Positions 50,501 to 64,000 of a stretch of 64,000 nucleotides of DNA are shown here, piece by piece. Each line of letters starts with the position of its first letter. The stretch's first letter is position 1. This DNA comes from Trichoplax adhaerens. Lineage: Eukaryota > Animalia > Placozoa. The notes beneath the pieces are model-generated. The model worked only from the letters and a program-made list of their open reading frames with translations, was not told the origin of the DNA and searched no databases. Location: contig NW_002060943.1 of the NCBI RefSeq assembly GCF_000150275.1, positions 10,912,878 through 10,976,877 on the forward strand. Direction: 5' to 3'. Both the position numbers and the translations under genes were made by a program.

Positions 50501-53500
50501 TATTTATAATTACAGGCAAATTCTTGGCTAGCTATGATGCCTCTTGCATTTATATTAGTAAAATTAATAATTGCAATAAATAGATCATGTGTTTAGTCCC
50601 GATTAGTTTACGACAAATCTTCTATTTATTTTGTTCTTGATAGTGTCCGGTATAATGAAATTTTCCACTAATAGTTATTTCATTCGATTATCTTGCCACA
50701 CGGCTATTTTTGCTACTTGTTACAAGTAGCAATAGTTATACTCATATCATAGATGTTACTTGCAATTTTAATTGCAATAAGATAGTGTATAAAAGAGCTT
50801 GCCAAAGATATAATATTTGCATCGTCCATTGCATAAAATACGTAGAAATGCCGAATTAATAACCGTGATATCAAAAGTTATACGCCGCTAATGTGCGCTG
50901 TTTGGAAAGGCAATGTTGAGAGTACGAGACTATTATTGGTTAAAATGGCTTCGATTGACTACAGAGACGCAAATCGTAAAACTTGCGTTCACATAGCGGC
51001 GGAAAATAATAGCTGTGAGACCTTGGAGATTCTAATGGAGGTAAAATCAAACCCCTATACATAAATTCAATATTATGCAATAATCAAATAGTTAAATTGT
51101 GTTTAATATTATAGTACGACGGGATGAAGTTGCTCAATTCTAGGGATAACGCTCAAAGAACGCCATTGTTTTACGCATCTATGAATGGTTATTATAAGGT
51201 AAGTAAGGACCATAGTATTGATTACTACATCATGCAATCTTATGATGTGATAATGAACATCATAATGGTTTTACATAAATTGATAGATGGCAAAGAAACT
51301 TCTAGGCTATGGTGCTATCGTTGATCACTTAGATGAATTAGGTTATTCACCATTACATTGGACGGCTGAAAATGGCCATTTAACTTGCTTAAAACTGTTA
51401 GCGGCAGCAGCTCCATCCATCATCAATACCGGAAACCTTGAAGGCAGGAATCCACTTCACTTGGCTGTGATCAACAATCATTATGAAGTAGTTCAATTTC
51501 TGATCAAGATGGGTATTGATTTGGATAGCAGGTGATTCATTTGCTAAATCTAAACTATCAGCCTCATTTGTTGATAGTAACAGGGATGAAATAGTTAGCC
51601 TGTGTAGTAATGAAAAGAACTAATTATTAGTACTACCACCTGTATTACAGTGATGAAAATGGTCGTGTTGCTCTATCCTATGCTGCCAGTCAAGGTCTCT
51701 GTGCAATTATGGAAATAATTCTTGAAAATGATGCAGAAATTGATTCTTGCGATAAGGAAGGGGTAGTGTTTACCATACAAGATAAAATATATTTTACACA
51801 ATTTTAAGAGGATCTTTACGATGAAAATGTTATCCAAGAGACCAAGATCTAATAGTAAATGTCATGTTATTTATTAAATTAGAATACGCCGCTTCATCTT
51901 GCTAGTAGTTCGGGATATCAAATGCCAGTGAAACTGCTACTCTCATATGGTGCGGATGTTACTTGCAAAAATATTTACGATCAAACCTGTCTCGATCTGG
52001 CCATCGAGAATAATAGAGTCGATGTTGGTTTGTTATTTATTTCCAACAAAAGGTAAGAAAACATCTTCTATTTATGCTTTGATGTGATGGATTATGGATT
52101 GCTAGATATAGATACAAGATACTAGGTACACCAAGTAGTCCGCGGATAGATCTTTTATACTTATAGTTACCAATATAAATAAAGTGGATGTCTTAATGTA
52201 ACTATCACACTGAACATAACTAATTTGAATTGGTATAACAAGAGGTTCAAAAATTAAAAGACGTACCGTAATTAGTCCATAGATTATCGCGTAGTCTTTA
52301 TCATAATTATTTATCTTCATATCTAGTCTATAGACTGAATAGAGTGTAATTATCAGTAAAATAATATAGAAATTTTTGCATATTAAAGTTTATAGATTCA
52401 AATATAATGTAGTGCATTAATTGATCGATATTTAAATAACTGATTATTACGTATTTTCTATTATTTGATCAGCATGCAATATAATGGCATATAACCAAAT
52501 ATAAATTAATTTTACTGTTTTATGCAGATGGAGAACATTCTTGGAAAATACTGAGAGAAATACTTTACCAGTAAAACGAATGATCGAAAATGCTCCTCAA
52601 CTGGCTGAGGTACGGTAATTTATAATGAAACATCTTAAATAGTGTAGGTACTGTACATACTGTCATGCCAATTAACTAAAAATTGGTGAAGTTTTAAATA
52701 GCGATGGTGTCGTTGTGAAAGTGTTATAAAGACTAATCTTTGGATTTAATGCCTTTTAGGCTGTTTTTGATAGATGTACAGAATTTTCCAAGCATCAGCC
52801 AACTGATTTCAATTTTAATGTACGGTTAAAATGATGTACTTGGATTGTTGGTATAAAATTTTGTGTGTCGAACGAGAGGAGTAATTCAAAAATATATTTA
52901 AAGTTGCTACGCTATTTGGTACTAAAGATGGCAATATAAGATTCAAGCTGTAAATAAATGTTGAATGACTATGATTACTGAATTACTGACTAATTAACCA
53001 TTAATCGTAAACTAGAAATTTTGATAAGATGGCAAATTTATAATTTTACTATACTATCATGCAAAAATATTACTTAACTGTTAATATAATTCGATGTCAT
53101 AGATTACGTATAATTTTCAATATATTGAACCTAATCCGAACAAAAAATTCGACTCTGATACTCAAGAACTATTTGAGCCGTTAAAGGTATGAAATTGATT
53201 TATCTATCGAAGAAATTGTTAATCAACATTTTAACTAATGAAAAATATCGTTTTAAGACAGTGATGAAATGAATTATCCTGTCTTAACTATATCATATTG
53301 TTTTACTCATATTTCTCATACAGACATGTTTACTTCAGTTCTTAATTGATATTATGATTTCTTTGTCCCGATATTGATGCTATTACTGTGGAACTTTTTC
53401 AATTTCAAGTTAATGGTAGAGAATAACCGAGTAAGATTGCTCCAACATCCTCTAATTCAAACTTACTTAACAAGGAAATGGTGCGTTTAAATTAATATCG

Positions 53501-56500
53501 AAGAATTTACAACTGTTTTTTTGGATCAATATTTTACGTTTTCATTCTTGAAGTACTAAAATAGCTATATAAATCCTTTAATTATGCATGAGACCATTGC
53601 TCTTAAACAAAGCCAACTTATAGCCTAATAGTATTAAATAGCTATAATATATTATGTTATGATTAACCGATATGAAACGAGAATCTCCATTGCAAGCTAG
53701 TAATACTCCTATGGCCATAATTTGTATATTGTTCAATGAAATTTTGGATATATTTGATGAATTAATAACATCATTAATAAAAATAATGAACTTATCTTTA
53801 TTAACAGCTCTTTTTGTCCCTATAAAGGAACTCCGGGGCTCAATATGTTTTCCTTTTAAATGTAGCAGTCTATCTGCAATTTGTTATTATGCTAACGCTA
53901 TATATCACTGGCTTACCGCGTATAGCATTTCATAACATAAGATGCAATGGCACTATTCAAAACGTATCATCGAATGTCTCAACACCCAACCAGGTAGGCC
54001 TCAACACTTTCAGACTACGTATATTTTAAAGTATTTTTAGGAAATTTATTTATTACTATTTATAAAGTAATATTTCTATATAACACATTGCCTTCTTGAA
54101 CACAGTAGCAGCTATTTTATAAATTCAATTTATTTTATTAGAAAATTATAGTAATGGTATGAATGTTTAATATAATTTCGAAGTAGATCGGTTTTTAAAA
54201 TTTCTTTCTGTCTCTACAGATTAAACTAGATCCTTATTTGTCTGCTTATCAAATTTTCGTATTTGTTATGACTTGTATTTGCATGGGCAAAGAATGCTTT
54301 CAAATGCACCATAAAGTATGTATTTGTATATTGTATACTTTATATTTCAAATCAGGCTACTGAATGTTAGAAATTAAACTAATCTGAATATCTGTATATA
54401 GTTTTCTTTAGAGCTAGCATTTATAAAGTAATCCAGTGATATTATGTAGTTTACCTTATATGATGTTAAGATAATCCTACTTCAACAACTGCATTTCGAG
54501 AATAAGTTGCACGCCTAGAAATAACTGTTCAAAAGCATATTTCATAATCTTGTACATTATTTTGGACTCGGAATTAACTTTCAATCTACATGCATTTGTT
54601 AATAATTTGTTAATTAATCTTTGAAATTAGTAAAGAAACAATCGATACAGAGTAATATAAGCTATTCCAGCGTTATTTTTTCGTATGTTATCTTCTACCT
54701 CTGATATTAGAAGTTTTCGTAATTATTCCAGTTAGTTATAAGTAAATTGAAAGACATCTGAATGGTACAAGACATTTTAAAATATTTTTACATGAAGTTT
54801 TATAGATATGTAAAGCTTCTTTTGAAATTTAATTAGTTATATCTTAGCAACAGAGAGATAATAAATCTTTCTAGAATACGGTATTGTTATTAATGATGAT
54901 ACCCATAAGAATATTTACCCTGATAGAAATGACAATATTGCATAACTAGGACAAAATCGTATTATTGTAACAGCATAACCGCATATTAATGACTGATAGA
55001 ATGGGATTAGAAAGTGCTATAAGAAACTTAAAAGTTCTCTCTGTAACCATTTACATTACTGAGTACCCAAGAGAACATCTTAGATCACCATTTAAGGCTT
55101 TCTTATTAAAAGCTGTATCTATCAATTTTCATTCTAGGGTTTATCGTATTTTAGCGAAATAAGTAATTTTTTGGAATGGGCCCTTTACTTATCTACATTA
55201 TACTTTATGCTGCCTTTATATTACGTACCTCTATGCCTTCAAATTGAAATGGGGGCAGTGGCAATATTTTTTGCATGGTTTGATTTAATTATTTACTTGC
55301 AAAGGTAAATTTGTCAGTATAGAGATTTTAATTGTATAATTAACCGCAAATTGTTGGATTATTGTTACTTAATCAATATACCTACAAGTAATTGATTCAT
55401 CTCTTCGTACTTGAATTTCTTAGAATGAAATTAGGAAATATTGGTCTTTATGTCATCATGTTCAACTCAGTATTTGTTACAGTCCTGAAGGTTCTACCTC
55501 TCTTTATATTCTTTGTAACCGCTTTTGGCTTGGCATTTTACATCTTATTACACAAAAATGTTAGTCTGAGAAATAAGTAAATATAATTAAAATATTTTAT
55601 AAATTGAAATTGATTGAAAATAGACCTTCAAGATGCCATCACGATAGCAGCAATAAAATAATTAACGTAATTTTACTTTTGATTTATTTCCCTATCATCA
55701 CTTAAAACAAGTTGAGGAATAATTTCGATAAAAGTTAGATCATTTAACGTTTGCTAGCTGAGTTAGTTTTATCTACTACCACTATTGTTATTTTTTAATG
55801 ATTTTGTCATGATTTTATAATCTTCTTAGGAACCCTTCAGCGAAGGCCACTTATCTATTATCAAAATGGTTTATATGACCCTTGGAGAATTTGATTTTGC
55901 TAATGTATTCTTGGATAGCCAGCATAAAGTCAATTTTGGAGTTTTAGCCGTCTTGCTTTGCGTTATAATGTGTTTTATAATGAACATAACCCTTATGAAC
56001 CTGCTGGTATGATGGAAACATTATATGACCTTAGCATGCTGATAATTAAAATTGCCTTTGTTTCTAAGCTAGATTTTAAAGTTGTAGGTGTACTGTATAC
56101 TACTTATACAGTACAGTGTAGCAAACGAGATAATAACTTGATAAAGGTTGCTCTTATTGTAATTTGTGTAAAAATTAAATTGGTAGATCGGTTTAGCTGT
56201 TGGAGACATTGACCAAGTAAGACAAAATGCAAACATGCAAAGACTTGCGGAAACTGTTCAGTTTTTAACTGATACCGAGAATTCGATACCAAAGTGGTTA
56301 AGAAAACGCCGGTACTATAAACAGATTGTAATATATCCGAACAGGAATACAACTATCTTATCAAGGGTAAGCTTATAACCACTATAAATCGTTGTGCATC
56401 TCCAGATTGTTACATAATTGAATGAAAATCATATACTGAACTATAAAAAAATTTTCCGTACAGTTTATCTCTTACTTTAAAAGCAAAGAACTAAAACGAG

Positions 56501-57195
56501 ACAATCCATCCGAATTAGCTGCTAACAATCTCACCTTCATGAAGCAATCTATTGCCACACATAGAGAGGCGTAAGTCTACTGATCACTTAAGCATCTACA
56601 GTACGGGTACTAAGTTTGCAAGCTTGGTCTACCGAAGTTAATAATTTTTATTAATGTTAATATTGCTTTAGTTGTAACCTTTGAGCTGTACAACATCTTT
56701 ACAGTTAGCTGGTGATCAATACATTTGTATAATAGCAACGCCTAATACTAATCTAGAAATTAAACTATGCCTGATAATCAATATTATCGTAAGCTGTGAT
56801 TTGCTATACGAAAATTCTTTTTTCACATTCTCTAAAACTTGCCTTAGGTAGACTATCTATGGTTGCACCTATCTCTAACATAATCTGTAGATTTTCGTTT
56901 GACTTTTCTGATATGCTACACAGATACAGTTTTTAGATTATTTGCACCTGATTCTATTAGTTATGAATACCTAGGAGAGATCATACCATAAGATTTCTTG
57001 TTTCCAATATTGAGCAATCTGTAAATCTTAAAATTTTTTAGCATTCAAGCAATGGCTAGCCAATTACAACATGTCACCGAAGTTTTACGGGTTGTTTCCG
57101 CTAAAGCTGATCTTCCTCATGAGCGTGAAGATGAAAATCAATCAGAATCGCAATCTAGTATCATGCAAATGGAAGCTGAATCATCATCGTCGTGA
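47546..57195 (+). CDS. TRPA1: TRPA1-like ankyrin-repeat transient receptor potential channel, ~25 coding exons
   Basis: About 17 ankyrin repeats (TPLHYAAKNGH, TPLHLAAKYGS, TPLHKAALFNR, TPLHLASSSGY and others). Pre-S1 LLQHPLIQTYLTRKW, six hydrophobic segments, pore MTLGEFDF, and the TRPA signature MNLLIGLAVGDIDQVRQNA. Stop TGA 57193-57195. The exact subfamily and start codon are less certain. Confidence 0.88.
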
Positions 57196-57895
57196 AAATC
57201 GTAATATTAGTTTGATGATAATTTCTACTTGTGTTAGTGTTATATTCCGAGAGAAATAATTCGTTACAATATTAGACTTTTCATGTGGTAGCTTCAAGTA
57301 CAGACTTGATGCAAATAGCGCTACTATGCTATCTAAAAGAGTAAGATTCTTCTACAGTTGCTTTACATATTTATTTTCCAAAATGATGTGGTCACCTAAT
57401 TTAAAGAGAAATCTATACAATCTTCCGATGGTAGTAAAGTCGCTCATAGGGCATGATGTGTTGGAAAACGGTAGAGATAAAAATTAATTTAATAGTAATA
57501 AGTATTTTAAAATCATAGGTGCAATATATAGCTATTACAACACACAGCACTTGGGTATTTTTAAAATAGATATATGATTACTGTAGCCTTACAATTGATT
57601 TAACAGATGTCCTTATTTTATGTCAAAGGTGCAATAATTGCCATTATAATGCAACACTTACGTATTAGTTGGAATAGAAGTGGAGTTATTGCAACTCTAC
57701 AATTAAAACTCATTTATTACACTCACATTCTTTACAATCTGAACTCTGTAAGATGTTACACAATTTTATTTGTGTGAAATATTGAATAATTTCAATGTAC
57801 TGCCAATAAATAAGAAGTTTTGATCGTATCAACGACTATATTATTACTCTTTTCCAAAGTTAGTATTTAAAAAAATAAAGCTAAATGTCTCTAAC

Positions 57896-58033
57896 CTGTG
57901 CAGTCGCACAAATTTTACCATTAAGATCCATATTTAAAATAAATGCTAATCTATCCACTACTCCAATCGTACTGATCATTGCCAATAATACAGCATGCAA
58001 TAACATGAAAGTGACAGTTGATGAACTTTGACC
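57896..58033 (-). other. Possible isolated exon encoding a hydrophobic segment (unassigned)
   Basis: AG/GT-flanked 138-nt open phase-0 segment GQSSSTVTFMLLHAVLLAMISTIGVVDRLAFILNMDLNGKICATAQ. No convincing partner exons were found. Confidence 0.2.
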
Positions 58034-61000
58034 CTATCGTATTGGTGATCATGAAGCAAGAAAATCATCTAAGCTCTTACTATGCTTCCATTCCACCTCC
58101 ATTTTTAACTTATCGTGATGACTCAGTAATAAAATTTTTTTGTATAATGTACGCTGAAAGTATTGCAAATATTAAATCATTGCAACTGAGATCAAGCTAT
58201 GCTGTTAAATGACATTAAAGTTGTTTATGTTTATTAATTACTTGCCAGAGGAAGTCAACGTCATCATAAAATTATACTACACTGACATTAGCCAATCCAT
58301 ATTTGGCTGCTCCGTATTGTAGTACTGTACGATGGGTACAATAACAAGTATTAACATAGATACGCATTCATATTGCACTACATCAAACATTGAAAAACAT
58401 TACTGTGAAATTTTTAACTACTTTTCAAGGTACTTTTACATTACTGCCTAACCCTTGATCCAGATCTTAAAATTAAATTTCTTGCTAAAGGTATCATGTT
58501 ATCATTGAGCAAAATCTCGGAGTTAATAATCATGCTAGAATCCGAAGTAAACGAGCTTTGTAAACCTTCTTAGAACTAATAAAGTCGGCACTGAGCTTGA
58601 TTACTTTTTGAAAAAGGTAATACTGTACATTGTTGTAATTCCAAATATTTAAAAAATAATAAAACAATGGAAATTAAAATATTTTTCCGATAGCAAGCAA
58701 AATTGATAAAGTACCGACGCAACATGTGATTTACATTACATAAATTACATTTGCAATGCTATAAATATGATCATGGCAAACAATTGACATGGTTGTTTTG
58801 ATGAACACGAATTAAGTGCTATACGAGATATTTAATGTTAGTCTAAGGCGTAAGGGTATGCTAGAGGAATTTAGGTTGGTGCTTCTACTTGTTATTTATT
58901 ATTAGTACTAAATCTTAAAGAGAAATTTTAATAGGAGATACTGCGAGCCTTCCTATTGATGGCTTATGCCATACAGTCCTCTATGCTTTAAAACTGAAGC
59001 TGATTGAAGATTTTACTAGGCGCCATAACAGTCATGGTTGATACTTGTTGACCCTAGTGAACGATCAATCATGATAATAAATTAGCATCTTGGGCGGATG
59101 CTGATTTATAAATATTTACCGTTATACGTTTATCCAAATATCGGAAAACATATTAGGACCGCACTAAATTCTGTCTACAAGCAATTTTGCATTTACTACA
59201 TACCTTTGTTGAACGACTATAAGTTGGTTACAACTACCGTATTTGATATAATCAACAAATAAACGTATGGTGTAGCAATAGGAATCCTGTTCTAAATTAT
59301 TTTCAATTGTACTACTCGTGCTTCGTTGTCACTGTACGTACAGTAATAATGGCCTATTCTATTTGCAATAAGCATTGCAGCATTTAACAACAATTAGCTT
59401 CTCCTAGATTTGATTTATAATGATACCAATTCTTATGCTTGTTGCCCGAATTTTTTGACAATGACTGTAAACAATGATTAAAACAGCTATAAAATCGTAG
59501 TATGTCCAATAACTACAAACTAAATAGTACTTTAAGCTCGCCACAATGAAATAGTAAGACCATTATAATAATGAGTACGTATTATGTAGTTTTGGCCTTT
59601 TACGTGTGCTATGCCTGCTAAATAATCGATAAATGATCTTACATTAAGCATTCCAGGTGCATTTGGTATCTTCCCTGTTGCTTTAAATTCATACTTATAA
59701 ATGTTGTGCAACTATGTGATTGGAATCTTTATACTATGATTGTTAAAAATGATAATGTATTAGATTATGTAACGATCAACTTGGAGGGTTTAAATCTTAG
59801 TTAATCTTACTTATTAGCAGTTTAAATATATCAGTTGTCTGCTATTATTCAATACTTTAGCTACTCATTAAATAAATGCAAATTTCTGCTATCTATATTT
59901 AGCTTTTATGCTTATACATGCTTTGCAGCGTGCTAATCACATGATTGTAATATTGCTAGCCTAAAGTTTATTCTTTACAAACTCTGCACTGTACAGTACA
60001 GTGTTCATCGAAAATCAAAGATTATTATAGTACTGCCTTACAAATTCTACTCTTAAAATTAGCAGTTTTAGTTAAGATGATTAAGTCATTAAAAAATGGA
60101 TTACACATTTAATATAACGGGCCGATCTGTATCAGAACTTTTCTTCTCCCGAATTGCTACGAGGCTTTGTTTGCAAAGCTAATTAACCAGATAGGTAATA
60201 GGTTTAATTTGGGGAATGCTAGCTATCCTTTGGTTCTGTCTCACATACATATTTTTTCTTGGAATGAATTACGGTAACAAATATATCTTAACATTATCGT
60301 ATACAGGATGGCGGATTATCTACATTTAAGCAAGGCGTCTACATTCCCTTCTAACATTTTCGATAATTAATAATATTATGCTTAGAAATTTTACTAGATC
60401 ATTTACTTTAATTGGATATGTATCATCGCCGACTTTAAGTATAAATTGTCAAGGTGTTACATCATTAATATAACAGCACTCACTTTTTTATTCGTAGTCT
60501 TTGCAATTCAGATATACGATAAAGCACAATATATCATTTGTGTAATTCACATGAATGTTGCTGTAATGATTAAATTAATTTACTATAATTTGTAAAATCA
60601 GAATTTATATCAATAATAGACTTGTAAGTGTAGCATAGAGATTTATCATCTACGATAACTAGTACCATTGAATAACTCTAGTAGTGTTTCATATTTCCGC
60701 AACAAAGTTTGGGACATTAACTAATATCTTCTCGCATCTTAATTATCGAAGTGTATAGAAGGACAATCTTTCAGCTCTACTGCAACACAATTTATAGTTA
60801 CAAGTTTCTAGAATGGCTAAAGAGGACTGACAGTATTACGTAACTAAGTAATTTCGTATCATATTGCGGTTGATTCTTACGCATCAAATTGCTATATCAA
60901 AAGTCCTAAGTTTGCTGAATTTTATATCATTATATTATAAGGTATAGTTTATTATAGAATGAACTCTACATGCCGCAGCATAGTAGAAAACTACCACAAA

Positions 61001-64000
61001 TTCTTAATGACGATGTCGTTTTTAAAAACCCATCAGAACTGCCCTAAATCAAAATGCAGTAATGATGCTTAAATACAGAATTATTAATATGAAGACATTT
61101 ATAAGTTTTCATGATAGCTGGAAAAACTGTAAGAAGTTTTTACGCGTTGTTACATCTGCATTTCTGTTCTTGCTACGGAAGAAGGAAGTATTTTTCACAC
61201 CATACAATATTGTGTTCTATCAAAGTTATATACCGGTACCTTATGCCATGGAATAAAACATTGCTTTGCATTACGAATTGTATAATAAAATTGTTTTAGA
61301 GGATTGAAATTTTGGAGCTATTGCATTAATTGTAGAGGATTGCATCTCTTAACAAACGATTCGAACATGTCGTGTGCTATTTATTAACATCAAAAGATGT
61401 CAAATCATGATTGCATCGATGCATGAGATGCTATCAAGGAGTTGAATAAACGTGTCTTTCAACTAGGGTATGACAATGCAATACATATGTAGACATTATT
61501 AACAAATTAAATAATGTCTGACAACCCGATCAATATTGTCCATTGGAGTAACATTCTAGACAAACCCTGTCTGTACATCCTTAATAGTTTTATGATAGTA
61601 CGCTGTTAAGTATTGTACAGTATAACATTGAGGGTAAGACCAACTATTTTCTACTATCATTACTATTAGACTACGTGACGAAAGTACGTAATTTAAAAGC
61701 ACAATATGAGCAAAGGGCATAGGGCAAAGATCAATTACGACGTCAGATGAAAACGAAGCAACACTTCCATGTTAATATTAGGTTGCCCGCTCATACAATT
61801 ATATTATGATCGTTACGTCCTTGGTCAATAAAATTTATATATTATTACGCGGAAACACCACCATGTAAACATAACTTTTACAATTATCATGCAACATAAT
61901 GCTCTTATTCACAAATTTTCTCGTAAATCTATATCGTGATACCTTTTTATCCTTGATATTAGTTGCTATTCTAAATAATTGCTGTTTATTTCGGTCACGA
62001 TTGTAATTAAAAGTCTATAATATAATGCATGCGTATCATAAAGTAAACATCAATTCTTATTTTAATTATGAGATCGATAACTCTTATGAAATATTCATAT
62101 TGTAGCCAAGATGACTAGCATTAGTAAAATAGATTACTCATCAAGTGCCTTTAGTACTTATTGTTATTGATATAATGGTACCCGGTACATATTGAAATTA
62201 TGTTTTAAGGTTTCATGTCTAAGTGGCTGAAATCTTCGCTTAAGTTCAGAAATCATTAATGGCTGATAGCTTCAATCTGTAAAATGATAAATGATAAAAT
62301 TAATAGACGCTTGCTACGACACCCGATAGGGAAAATTATAACGTTGAATTAAAATAAAAGAGTAAATTAGTTGTAGATGACTATTGCTATGATATAATCC
62401 AGTCATTTAAGCAATAAAAGGACTGAATACTTAAAATAACTTTTTCTTCAAATGAAAGACGCAACGTAAAGATGGAAGTCAATCGCTAACGATACGAAGA
62501 ATAATTTTCATACTGGTTGATTTTGCAGATCTAATTGGAATAATTGAATAAAGAGTACATTCAATATGTTTGCTCTCGATTACTTTGTAAGCTATTATTG
62601 ATGCGTAATATTACCGTTTCATGTTATTAAATAATAATAATATTAAGGTTGAGATTGTTTAAGCAAGATTCAAAGTTATGGAGAAAGTTTCTGCTGTCAT
62701 CATTTACTTCGGTACCGTTTAGTTCGATAGCCTTACCGGTTATCTATAACAATTTATGTGAATCTGTTAAGATGCTGTATATTCTACAGTATTTATTATT
62801 ATTAATAAGTTTGATTGAACAAACAGTCTGGTATACCTAATCTGAGGAATATCGATGTGTTGACGGTGTAATGAATACGAGTAAAAACTAAATTCAAATT
62901 AATTATATTAACTATGTATTATAAATATGCTGTAGTATGCATTGAATTACATCAATTATTTTTTATTATAGTTAAAATATATTGTCATTAGCATCAAACT
63001 TTAATATTAATACCGATATTTAAACTTAAATGACGTTCAAAGAGTAAGCATGCCTAATAACTTTTTTATAAAACACTTGTAAAAATTCGTAAATATGCGT
63101 TTAATTGAAATTGATCAAAAAGAAACATCTCAGCTAGAATTATTTTATTGCCGTAAAGTATAGAAGGAGGAGTAAAAATAACAATTTATTTACCAAAACA
63201 AAATATAGAATTTATAACAATAAAAAGGAAAAACCCTACAATCTTGACGTTCTTAACGATGAATTAAAATTACAATGATGATTAAGCTATAATTAAAATC
63301 CCTATTTCTCAATCTTCTTTATCGACTAGCCTTCAACACAAAAGTACAATTAAATATGTAGCTTGTCACTAGTGTCTTCGCAAAAAATTTCTCGACATTA
63401 TCATCATTGTTGTTGGTAAGCAACACGTGGGATCAACAATTATTCTAAAGTATCAATGATAGCATATTCTTAATTATCCAACAATAAAGAAAGTAAATGC
63501 ACGCCCTGCCCTGGGGGTAAAGGTCGCTAATTAGGTTGCGATGTATTAGCTAAATTTTCTGCCTAATTACTTATCAAATCAAATATGAGAAGCATTGCTT
63601 TCTATATTGCAGCTGATATTTGAGAGCGTCTAGTGATCGCAACGTATCATGAAAAGTTAGGGTGTAGATAGATACTGTGAAAACTAGTAAGCCCTTTCGT
63701 AATAACGCATTCTAAATTGACCAAGCTAAACTAGGAAAATATAGATTTTAAATAAAAGTGGGCTGAGGATATTTTAATTATTGCCGCAACTATCCTACTT
63801 ATTATTACTAGATAGTTGCTGTATCAATGGAATTATTGATAGTGTAACACTGTAGATAGGTACAACATACATATGTCTTACCTTGTATGAAGCATGTTTA
63901 CATATCGATTAATAATAGCTGCGTAGCTTATCATTAATTATAATTTATAATAGATTGTATAATATAACTAGATATCAGTTCGCCCTCATTAAGTTATACT

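Noticed and set aside
63500-63540. GC-rich patch containing GGGTAAAGGTCGC, similar to a stretch of U12 snRNA
   Set aside because: No U12 5' end, branch-point pairing region or Sm site nearby; too short to call.
58100-64000. Short ORFs in the terminal region (61062, 61111, 62649)
   Set aside because: AT-rich, no recognisable motifs and no chainable splice sites; treated as intergenic or as the intron/upstream region of a gene outside the window.

Overview
AT-rich, compact, intron-dense eukaryotic (animal) DNA with mostly 70-300 bp GT-AG introns. The style and gene content fit an early-branching metazoan such as a placozoan (Trichoplax-like); this is an inference. I rebuilt the spliced genes by hand. 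In order: SF3B3 (+, 33 coding exons); a divergent twisted-gastrulation gene (-); tRNA-Trp(CCA) (-); HERPUD/Herp (+), preceded by an ER-stress element (CCAAT-N9-CCACA) and with a 1-nt frame discontinuity at its start; cytochrome c1 (-) head-to-head with glycine-cleavage H protein (+) across a GTAC-palindrome-rich repeat island; a 33-exon, ~3,186-aa type I membrane protein; and a TRPA1-like ankyrin channel (+). The membrane protein reads SP-EGFx4-[FZ-FZ-SRCR]x3-EGF-Ig-cbEGFx2-NIDO-AMOP-VWD-EGFx10-SEA-EGFx5-TM and is the best candidate for an undescribed system. It joins a MUC4-type core with two intact autoproteolysis motifs (GDPH and SEA GSII) to a triplicated Frizzled-CRD/scavenger-receptor cassette. 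The last ~7 kb shows no recognisable gene. Exon coordinates were read manually and may be off by a base or two.
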